The notes under the pieces: generated by a model
Seen by the model: the letters and a program-made list of their open reading frames with translations, nothing else
Database searches by the model: none
Told to the model about the DNA's origin: nothing
Translations under genes and position numbers: made by a program
In this document: positions 19,818 to 28,636 of the stretch, piece by piece
How positions within the stretch are numbered: position 1 is the first letter of the stretch
Layout: every line of letters starts with the position of its first letter
IMG/VR virus record: IMGVR_UViG_3300019487_000029
Coordinates: 1,621-65,620 of that record
DNA from: a virus
Lineage: Duplodnaviria; Caudoviricetes
DNA: 64,000 nucleotides
Direction: 5' to 3' (one strand)

Positions 19818-20408
19818 TTATCCCATAAAGCGATTCCCTTTTAGAATGTTTTCAATCTTCAGTTTCGGTTGAAGGTTTTTTAGTGCCCAACATTCTTTGA
19901 ATTGAGGGTCATCCGTGTCATCATATTTGAACCAAGACTTAGGAATTACGTGGTCAACCTGCCAATGACTACCATAATTTTCCCATGACATATCTCCGGA
20001 GAAGTGACTTTCAAGATGAGATGCTAATTCACCGATTGTATATCCAACCAAAGCTTCCCATTTCCTAAATCCCTTCATGGCTCTTAAAGCATGATACATA
20101 TTACCACGTAGATTATTGCTCAAGCGGTGCATCGGGTCTTCCATTGCCTTCCGATCCCACTTACGCTTCCATAAACGACGCTTCAATTTCATTTCGGGCG
20201 TATTCAAATATGCCTTAAACTTCATAGCGTTCTTTCGCTTCCATTGCTTACTTCTTTCGGCAATGTCTTTTTTTCTTATGGGATACTTACTTTTGGAGTA
20301 ATCACTACAACATGCTCTGCACCATACATGCAGACCATCTTTACCCCTCCCCCTGTAGAAATCAGTAGTCAATTTATCTAGTTGACACTTATTACATCGT
20401 CGATTCAT
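19818..20408 (-). CDS. HNH endonuclease
   Basis: CNKC..CRAC; MSWENYG.HWQVDHVIP..NLQP. Confidence 0.85.
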   Translation of the reverse strand: MNRRCNKCQLDKLTTDFYRGRGKDGLHVWCRACCSDYSKSKYPIRKKDIAERSKQWKRKNAMKFKAYLNTPEMKLKRRLWKRKWDRKAMEDPMHRLSNNLRGNMYHALRAMKGFRKWEALVGYTIGELASHLESHFSGDMSWENYGSHWQVDHVIPKSWFKYDDTDDPQFKECWALKNLQPKLKIENILKGNRFMG

Positions 20409-20443
20409 TCACTATAAATATACTCGTCTTCACCGAAACGAGA

Positions 20444-20465
20444 GTAATTACAGGACTAGAATTAG
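20444..20465 (-). repeat. 22-bp palindrome, site 11 (inverted)
   Basis: Reverse complement CTAATTCTAG-TC-CTGTAATTAC. Confidence 0.9.
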
Positions 20466-20659
20466 TCGATGGGCTTACTCTTCGAAGGAACAAGTTAATC
20501 ATGGGTTGTTTCACCGAACCTAATTATAGAAACTCCCTCGGCATCCTAGCATCAAGTATGCCAAGCTAACCAGAAATCTACTCTAGGGGTTTCCCTTAAT
20601 TTCAATCTTTTTATACTTTTCCGCTTGCGTGTAATTACAGGCAATGCGATAGTATCGGC

Positions 20660-21169
20660 ATGATGAATAACGAAACAACGCAAGCCGAAACAAAGGGCGG
20701 AATTCCCTTTCCCTCTCACGTCCATTCGCCCGCCCCTAATACGGACGTGCAAGCCGTTTCCCGTGAAATCGTGGACACTGCACGGGACAAAAACAACTTG
20801 CTAGACTCCGCTGGCAATGTCCATTACCTAGTCCGTGATCATTACGTTGACACTCAAACGGGAACGTACGGCATTGAATCCCTCATTGCCTCAATTCTCA
20901 AAGCTTCCGGTGCCGTATTCCCGAAAGGTATTGAAGAAACGGAATTCCGCAATGTCACAATTGCCGCTTCGCTCTTTACAACGCAAGTGATTGAAGCCGT
21001 GCGGGATACGTTTGGAAACGAGCGTTATCCCGATGCAACGATTCTCTCTTACTTGGCACACTTCATGCTAAAGAATGGCAAAGTCGGCAAGCTCAAACTC
21101 AAAGGGCATGAAGATACGGATCGCAAAAGCGACAAGCCCCGTGTCAAGTACTACTTGATTGAACAATAA
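20660..21169 (+). CDS. Hypothetical protein with C-terminal winged-HTH-like domain
   Basis: VIEAVRDTF..YPDATILSYL..GKVGK..PRVKYYL; palindrome half-site lies in its promoter spacer. Confidence 0.65.
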   Translation: MMNNETTQAETKGGIPFPSHVHSPAPNTDVQAVSREIVDTARDKNNLLDSAGNVHYLVRDHYVDTQTGTYGIESLIASILKASGAVFPKGIEETEFRNVTIAASLFTTQVIEAVRDTFGNERYPDATILSYLAHFMLKNGKVGKLKLKGHEDTDRKSDKPRVKYYLIEQ

Positions 21170-21170
21170 C

Positions 21171-21540
21171 GACAAAGGGGATAGGGAAATCCCCTATCCC
21201 TTTCCTTCCCGAAACGCACCCTACGTAACCCCCTATCCCTACGGGGGTTAGGGTGCTTCTGAACAGGGCAAAAAGGCACCCCCAGCACCCCCCCGCCCCT
21301 ACCTGTTTAACTATCGGACCTCACTTTTCAGAAAGATCGATAAGTACTTCCGTATCAGGCTCTTGTTCTTCTTTTGTGCTCCCAAAAATTGGGGGACTGA
21401 TACGTTTTTATGTAGTTTACTGTATAAAGTGGGTTTATACAGTTTACGTCATATTTTCCGTTTACGTAGAGAACCGTTGTACGGTCTTTTGGGAAAATGA
21501 CTTTTTGGTTGGAGGGAGTGGCGAGAAAAAAATTCCGGGG
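21171..21540. other. Non-coding hairpin- and G/C-run-rich region, possible genome terminus or packaging site
   Basis: Several inverted repeats, C-runs at 21275-21303, change in composition and gene orientation. Confidence 0.4.
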
Positions 21541-22609
21541 GAATCAGGAATTGGGGACATGTTTTCCGTCTATGAAACCTCCGGTCAGAATGGTGGCAGT
21601 CACTTCGGGCGGGTTTGGATATTCGGATAGGGCATATCCCCATCGTTTGCGGCATTCTTGGTTGACTTCGGACATAGGCATCCATCCCCAATCGTACATG
21701 TCATTGCCATCTAGGATGAAGGTTCCTTGGCATCTTTTTATAGCGTCTTTGAGTTGGGCAAGTTCGGCTTTGAGGCTTTCGTTTTCTTTTTTGAGACGTT
21801 CTTCCTCTAAGTTGATATAAATTTGCGGCATATGGGTGTTCAGCGTATGAAGGATTTGGGGTTTTGCTTCAAGGTGCATATCTCGTGTCGCCAATAGGCA
21901 ATTTCGTCTTTCATGATTTGGGCACATTGGTCTCCTTCGGTACAGGCAGCTATTTCCGATTTTAAGCGTTGTATATTGCTTTCAAGTTCGGATAGACGCT
22001 CTTGGACTCTTGGGTGGAGATATGTGCTCATATCATGGGTTCTTTTTCTTTTGACGATATTCTTTTATGGCATCTTTCAAGTTGCCGAGGAGGGAAATAA
22101 CAGCGGGGAGGATTACCAAGAAAAACACGGCTATCCAGAAGATTAGCCAGATACAGAACTTTCCGTCATTGTAGTTCATAGGATGATTAGTTTTTATAGA
22201 GTTGACACTCCTGATCCTGAGCCTGCGGCAAAATGTGAATGTTGAGTTACATATGTGCGGTGGTATTGATATTATAAAATTGAGAGTCCTGATCGTAAGC
22301 CTGCGGCAAGGTTATTTTATATGTAGTGTAACAGTTCAGCAAAGGCACGATTGAGTTCACCTTGGTCTTGGGCGGAAGGGTAATCAGAAGTCTTTGAAAG
22401 AATTTCTTTTACACGTTGCCGAGCGGGAAGATTGATGAACTTCTCATGGGTGTCACGATTGATGTTTGCCTTTTGAGTTGCATCTTGGGCAGTGAGTCCG
22501 ATGCCGCAAACGACTTTGTTATCGGAGCAAAAGAGGAATTGACGCCAGTATTGCTCTGGTCGTCCCATGCAATCCTCTCCTTGGACAAAATGTGCTGGTT
22601 CGTCTTTTC

Positions 22610-22975
22610 TCATACAGTGATAGCTTCTAGATCAGCGGCGGTGAGCCGCACACGGGAATCTCCTGTTTGGGAGAGTTTTGCCATTTGGATCAATTGTTTT
22701 GCTACTTTTTCTTGATTGGCATACCGACAATGATAGCTCAAAGATGCTTCACAGCCCAAGAAAGCCTTTTTATACTCTTCATCTGTGAGAGTGATTAGTT
22801 TGGCTCCGAAGAATCTGCGAAAACGACCGGGTTGAAGAGATTTCTTGAAGAAGTCCACTTCACGCCGCAAATCTCTTTCTCGTGCCGCCAAGATAGCATT
22901 CAGGCAATTTTGAGCCATGTTGATAACGGCTTCTGCGGGGCAGAGAATGGTTGAAGATGCGTTTGGATTGATCAT
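22610..22975 (-). CDS. Hypothetical protein
   Basis: Member of a packed minus-strand run of small ORFs (21.5-27 kb). Confidence 0.6.
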   Translation of the reverse strand: MINPNASSTILCPAEAVINMAQNCLNAILAARERDLRREVDFFKKSLQPGRFRRFFGAKLITLTDEEYKKAFLGCEASLSYHCRYANQEKVAKQLIQMAKLSQTGDSRVRLTAADLEAITV

Positions 22976-23337
22976 ACAATCGGTGTTCTTGGGAATGCGT
23001 TATCTATGCCGGTGACATCGCATACGAGTTCGTAGCAAGCATGGCACAAGTGAGATTTTTTGGTGTAGAGTCCTTGATCATAGGACAATCCCACGGCAGA
23101 ATCTCTTGGAGGAGAGAATACCAAGGCTGCGGGCTTAGTAATGGGTTTTTGGCAACAGTCACAAGAAAGTTGAAGACCTGTGCGTTCGGTAGATTTTGGT
23201 GCCGACTTCTCTTCTGCCAACAGTCTGTTGAGCGTGGAGCCGGGGTTGGCGACACATTCTTGAGCAGAATGGTACGAGACATTGTTGTACCATTGATGGC
23301 AAAAACTACATTCTCCTCTTCCTCCCATAAGGTTCAT
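22972..23337 (-). CDS. Cys-rich hypothetical protein
   Basis: CxxC pairs, ATGA overlaps with neighbours. Confidence 0.6.
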   Translation of the reverse strand: MNLMGGRGECSFCHQWYNNVSYHSAQECVANPGSTLNRLLAEEKSAPKSTERTGLQLSCDCCQKPITKPAALVFSPPRDSAVGLSYDQGLYTKKSHLCHACYELVCDVTGIDNAFPRTPIV

Positions 23338-23941
23338 AGGCTTTTTTTGATAGCAATGTCAATTGCTTTGCGTAAATCTGTGTGACATCCGTCTCCTGCT
23401 CCGAGAGAATTTTTTGGGGTATAGACGACCCAAGCGGTGTCTTCTCCATCGGGAGCATCCAAATCGGCTTGATTATCGATCAGCCATTGGAGTCTTTGTG
23501 TATCGGTGTTTTCCATGTTATTGATCGTTGTCCATTGCAAACCTTAGACGTGCTGCCGCAATGTTTGCTTTTGTTGGACGTTCGCATTGGCAGACGGGAC
23601 ATACTTTCCATTGTTTGGTGATGTATCGTCCTTCAAAAATCCATCCCTTTCGGTAGTTATGTTCGTTGTACCAAGTGATATGCTGACACCAAGTTTTGGT
23701 GGACTTTCTTTTTGGCTTACCAGTTGATACAATGTAATCCATTTACAACTTCGGGTTAACTTGCTCTACAATCTTCATTCCGGTGAGTTGCTTGCAATTC
23801 GGACATTCATGATATGCATCGCCCCCGAAGAATTTGTGAAGCTCTTTGTATTCGCATTCAAATTTGCATTTGCAACGAGAACAGTTTCCGACGAAGGTAT
23901 CGTCGTTCAGATTGCGTCCTTGTTCAAGTATTTTCATAGAG

Positions 23942-24217
23942 TTAGCCGCCTGCGATGGAGGGAATAAGGGTGATAACGTCTCCGTCTTTGAGTTGGGTGT
24001 TTACTCCATTAAGAAAGCGAATATCTTCGTCATTGATGAAGAAGAGAATGAACTTGTTGGGTGTTCCGTCTTGGGCAAGAAGACGAGCCTTTACGTTGTT
24101 ATATCTCTGCTCCAATTCTTCCACGACTTCGCCGATGGTATTTCCATTGACCTGTAGGGTCTCTTGGTTATCAAGGCATTTTCGTAGTTGAACGGGAACA
24201 TTGAGTGTCTTAGGCAT
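23942..24217 (-). CDS. MoaD/ThiS-family ubiquitin-like protein
   Basis: FINDEDIRFLNG..LKDGDVITLIPSIAGG, C-terminal GG. Confidence 0.9.
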   Translation of the reverse strand: MPKTLNVPVQLRKCLDNQETLQVNGNTIGEVVEELEQRYNNVKARLLAQDGTPNKFILFFINDEDIRFLNGVNTQLKDGDVITLIPSIAGG

Positions 24218-24660
24218 TTTCGTATTTTGATTTCTCCATTGAAGAGTCTGACTTCAAGGTAACTGCCGCAACCAATTGATTGGTCGGGTGGGGAACGATC
24301 TTGTGAACGTCTTGAGCTTGAAAGGAGATTGCGGCATCAGGATAGAATCCGATCTCATAGGAGATTGTATGGTTTACCCAATCGTGGTTGATGTGCAGTT
24401 CTCCGAAGAACACCTGACAGACGGTCCCACGAATGGGAATAGCAACAGAGATAGTCTGATGCTCAAATTCCGCCATTTGTCCTTCTACTTGTTCCAAGTT
24501 CATTTTGCTTCGTTGTTTTCTTCTTGAAAGCGTTTGTACAGTGCCTCAAGAATCTTCTCTTTGTCTTCCATGCGAAGGAATGGATTTCTCAATTCCTTGG
24601 CTTCAGGTTGGGTATTGTACCAAACCTGAAACCGTTTTAGTTCCCGCCTACCGACGTTCA

Positions 24661-25470
24661 TCATAGAATGTTGTGTTCTTCTTTGTATGCCTTGACGCCC
24701 TGCATAGCAATGTCAGCATATCCTTTGCGTTCCCAAAACCAACCATTAGAAATCAATTGCAAGGCATTGCCTTGAAGACGTATGACTTCTTTCAAGTGAC
24801 GTATTTCGGATTGCAACGCCTTACGGAGTTCCGTTTCACGAGTCAAATCGGTTTCAATGCAGTTTTTGACAGTCAAATCGGCTTGTGCGGCGGACTTAAC
24901 TGCTTGATTCTCACGAGTTAGTTTCTGAAAGTTCTCAACCGTTTGATTCAGAACGCTCTTGCTGAACTGAACTTCTTTCAGAGCAGCGTCTCGTTCTTTT
25001 TCCAACTTAGCGACGCTGGCGGTTATACGTTCAATGATTCCATTAGCAGATTCCAATTGGCAAGCCGTGCATTTTCCACAACCGAGAAAATCACCATGAA
25101 TCCCGCCCTGTTTTCGATACCCACAGCGTTCAGAATCTCCTTGAAGGGTCAACTTGTTGTTGAGTTCAACGACTTTCTTTGCCAGATGAGCGGCTTGAGT
25201 TTTGTTTCCTTCGTTCTCGCTGCGGAGAGTTTCAAACGCATGTTTGGCATCACGAATCAATTGATTTTGTTGACTGATGTGGTCGCAAGCGTACTTCTTG
25301 TTGGCTTCAACCGTTTCCAAATCACGAAGGAGTTTGGCAACACGAGACTCAAGGTCTGCCTTCTCTCGTGAGTTAAGAAGCTTGACACCATTCAGTTCGG
25401 CACGAACAATTCCAAAATCACCGAGCAATTGGGAGTGTCGTTCCTTCAAATCCGTCAACTGCAAATCCAA
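24661..25470 (-). CDS. Coiled-coil protein with internal Cys motif
   Basis: Heptad-rich; CGKCTAC. Confidence 0.6.
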   Translation of the reverse strand: MDLQLTDLKERHSQLLGDFGIVRAELNGVKLLNSREKADLESRVAKLLRDLETVEANKKYACDHISQQNQLIRDAKHAFETLRSENEGNKTQAAHLAKKVVELNNKLTLQGDSERCGYRKQGGIHGDFLGCGKCTACQLESANGIIERITASVAKLEKERDAALKEVQFSKSVLNQTVENFQKLTRENQAVKSAAQADLTVKNCIETDLTRETELRKALQSEIRHLKEVIRLQGNALQLISNGWFWERKGYADIAMQGVKAYKEEHNIL

Positions 25471-26066
25471 TTCCTCGGCATAGTCTTAAAGATGTTCAAG
25501 GTTGGCTTCGGCATTCACGCAATCACGGATCACGTCTTCCCATTGTTTCTTTTGCACAACAATGGTTTCCGGTGTTGGAAACGAAAGAACTCCGAGAGTG
25601 GCTTTGGTGATTTTCTTAGACGATTTCATTTTTCTTTTTTGGCCAAGGGTCATCTACTGTGATTGCGATTGGTGGTGAGGTTCTGCCGCTTTGGACATAA
25701 ACCCATACAGGACCACCAAAAACGAGTTTAAGCCATTCCTTGAAGGATGGCTTCCAACATGAAATGCAATAGGTTCCATCGTTGTAAACGGAAAGGCTGC
25801 TGCATGTTTCTTCTTGTCCTTTTGGAGCAAGAAGTGTCTTGTTGGATTCTGGAAAGTGAATTGGTTTCATCGGTATCCTCGGTCGCCGCCACAAGTTGAA
25901 CTATCATGTTGGTCTTGAGCTTTACCAATTCTACAGTTTTCTTTGTGACCCACTTGATAAAATTCATCACACCTTGAACAGTAAGAGTTGCTGATGGTAT
26001 TCTTACACACCGTACACTTACGTTCGTTGGCGTATTTGTCTCTGTCTTCTCCGCTTAGAAATGGCA

Positions 26067-26681
26067 TTATTTTACCTCCTGCCCGTCAACCATGTTTTCG
26101 GCATGGGTGAGCTTGGCTTCTTCAACTTCCCGTGGCTTCACTTCTTTGTGATGGTCAACGGGCTTCCATTGTTTCTTTGCCATGATTGCTCCGACTTCAT
26201 CAAAACTGATTGGTCGGTAATTATGACAATCAACTCCACAATCAAACGACCTTGCATTTGGGTCATCTGGCAGACTCCCATGTGAGTGCCCATACAGATG
26301 CCATGTTCCGTGATGGCTTCGGTTCCACACCCGCATTGCGTAATGGCACATGGTAATACCTTGTCCATTGATCTCCGTCTCGTAATACGAGTCGTGAGCA
26401 GCGTAGAACTTCTTCCTGTTCCGCCATGCGAGGCGATCATGGTTTCCCTTGATAAAGATGATTGAGCCTTGCAGACGTTTGAAGTAAACGTCAAACATGT
26501 AATCCTCTTTGCCGAGGCAGAAATCTCCCAAGTGAAACACCAAGTCTTCGGGTTTGACCACGGCGTTCCAGTTGTTAATCAACGCTTCGTTCATTTCAAC
26601 CGAATCTTTGAACGGGCGATGACAGTACTTGATAATGTTTGCGTGTCCGAAATGTGTGTCGGACGTAAACCAATAGTTCAT
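26067..26681 (-). CDS. Calcineurin-like metallophosphoesterase
   Basis: SDTHFGH, HLGDF, GNHD, HLYGHSH. Confidence 0.92.
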   Translation of the reverse strand: MNYWFTSDTHFGHANIIKYCHRPFKDSVEMNEALINNWNAVVKPEDLVFHLGDFCLGKEDYMFDVYFKRLQGSIIFIKGNHDRLAWRNRKKFYAAHDSYYETEINGQGITMCHYAMRVWNRSHHGTWHLYGHSHGSLPDDPNARSFDCGVDCHNYRPISFDEVGAIMAKKQWKPVDHHKEVKPREVEEAKLTHAENMVDGQEVK

Positions 26682-26803
26682 TTTTTCTTTCTTTGTTTTC
26701 TACCACCTTCTTGTTTGGTGGACTTATTTTTTCTTTTGTTGGCAGAACTGTACCAAAAAAGACCCCATTTGTCAAGAAGTTACTTTGGGGATTTTTACGA
26801 CCA

Positions 26804-27079
26804 TTACTGCAAGGTTTTTCCAACGGAGGGATGGCTTTTGATGCGGGATTGGATGAAGTTGCGGAGATTGGCTTCACAAGCAATCAGAAACTCTTCACTG
26901 ACTCTTGTAAACTTATGAGAACGATTTGCCTTGGCAAATTCAAGAGCAAATGTCTTGCATTTGGAGCGGCAAAGGTACTTGAATTTGTGCGGGATTCGCC
27001 TTGAAGGTTCAGGTGTCGGTTCTGTGAACGATGTTGATGAAATATCTTCAGTCATGATCCGAATATAACAGAATGTCAT
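26804..27079 (-). CDS. Small basic hypothetical protein
   Basis: ORF after minus-strand TTGACA. Confidence 0.5.
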   Translation of the reverse strand: MTFCYIRIMTEDISSTSFTEPTPEPSRRIPHKFKYLCRSKCKTFALEFAKANRSHKFTRVSEEFLIACEANLRNFIQSRIKSHPSVGKTLQ

Positions 27080-27383
27080 TTTTTTGTCAACTGTGAATGT
27101 TTTTTCGACGAGATTCTGCTATGTATTGGAGGTATCAGCAACGTGTTATGCTCAAGTTTAGAAAAAGCCGAGTATTGCTTCTCAAAGAATTGCGTGAACT
27201 TGTCACGCACGGCTTAGAACATTCCGAAGATCGTCGTTCTTCCCGCAGGTATCGCTTGATGCGACGAGAAGTGGATAAGTGGATTTCCGAACTCAAAGAA
27301 GCTGCACAAAAGGACGAAAATGTGGTTATCTCTTCTCCAAATTCTTAATCATTACTCAACATTCCACCCGGAACTGTTGGCGT

Positions 27384-27719
27384 TCATTCTATACCGGCTA
27401 GTCTCTTGACTTGCCCAAGAACGTTGAGTTGGTTTTCCAACCTAAGCGATTTCACCACGATTGTATGAGGGTAAACTCCAATCGTATCAATTCTCACTCC
27501 CTCTTCCCATTCTCTCTCGTTTAGAATGTACGCCACGTAGTCCATCAGACCACGGGTTTTCATCCAATGATAGTACAAGTCCTTCATATCCTGCGTGGTA
27601 TGAAGAAGGATGTTCATGTCCAAATCGGAGTGACAAATGAGGGTGATGGTGCGAAAGACCATCGGTTCGGAAGGCGGCTCAAGTAATGCATCGGAGATAG
27701 TTAAAATATCTCTTTTCAT
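27384..27719 (-). CDS. Hypothetical protein
   Basis: TATTTAT motif upstream. Confidence 0.6.
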   Translation of the reverse strand: MKRDILTISDALLEPPSEPMVFRTITLICHSDLDMNILLHTTQDMKDLYYHWMKTRGLMDYVAYILNEREWEEGVRIDTIGVYPHTIVVKSLRLENQLNVLGQVKRLAGIE

Positions 27720-27741
27720 ACATCAATAAATATGTATCACC

Positions 27742-28143
27742 ATGAGGTTCAACTCTAAAAGTGTGTTATTAAATGACGGGGTTAACATGAAAGTCATGGT
27801 TGACATTCCCGAAGTGTTCTCAAAACTCGATTTCCCGGAGTGCATTTGGACGACCGCAATCCGAGAATTCAACAACCGGCTCAACGAACGAGCATCAGTT
27901 ACCGAAGAAGTACTCGGCAAGCCAGTAGATGTTCTTCAACTTGAACGTGGCGAATCATCCATCAAAGTTTCCCTTGGAGTCAAGCGGGACGATGTTGAAG
28001 CATTTGAGGACGTATGGTTCAAACTCAAAGGACAGATTGTTTTCAGAGACCATACCTGTGGAATCGTGGAAGAAGTCTTGATTAAAGACCTTACATACAC
28101 AGATTCCACCGGCACCGTTCGGGGTGTGTTAAATAAAACTTGA
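27742..28143 (+). CDS. Hypothetical protein
   Basis: TATGTAT motif upstream. Confidence 0.6.
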   Translation: MRFNSKSVLLNDGVNMKVMVDIPEVFSKLDFPECIWTTAIREFNNRLNERASVTEEVLGKPVDVLQLERGESSIKVSLGVKRDDVEAFEDVWFKLKGQIVFRDHTCGIVEEVLIKDLTYTDSTGTVRGVLNKT

Positions 28144-28181
28144 CATCTTACCCCCGTTCTGTCATATTTATTGTCAATAGT

Positions 28182-28588
28182 GGGGCCGTAATGGTCTCGA
28201 CTGTGATCTTTGACTGTGGAGAGCATGTAGGAGTTGGTCAGATGGCTCCTTAAAAATCAGACCAAAAATCAAATGCTAATCGTCTTGCACAATTGGCCTC
28301 TCTCGATTTCTCGTTCGAAATGAACGAAGCCGAGACCGAACTGGCTGTGGCTTAATCGCCCCCACTCGGAGATAAGGAAGAGATTCTCGCTATTGACCTT
28401 ATCGGAGCTTGCAGCGAGGAAGACCCGTCAATGTCCTAATGTTGGCACTGTTGATTGACCAGTTGTCAGTCTATATCGGCGACTTTTAGTTTGTTTATAT
28501 TGCCGAAAGAAACTCAAACAGACTAAACATGTAGTGCTTCTCAGAATAAGGCCATAGGACAGGGGTTCAACTCCCCTCGGCTCCACCA
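28182..28588 (+). ncRNA. ssrA: tmRNA; predicted tag ANRLAQLASLDFSFEMNEAETELAVA* (28275-28355)
   Basis: 5' GGGGCCG..TCGAC; 3' GGTTCAACTCCCCTCGGCTCCACCA with G3:U pair; tag ORF ends LAVA. Confidence 0.93.
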
Positions 28589-28636
28589 CTTCTTTTTATC
28601 GGGCTTCCTCCGGTTCTCCATATTTATCTATGTACT

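Noticed and set aside
1709-20465. Palindromic repeats as a CRISPR array or integron attC sites
   Set aside because: Spacing is 0.7-3.6 kb with whole operons between; there is no attC-type RYYYAAC/GTTRRRY architecture and no cas or intI gene in the window.
21419-21443. CTGT...ACAG as a LexA box
   Set aside because: The spacer is 15 bp rather than 8, and the inferred host is not a gammaproteobacterium.
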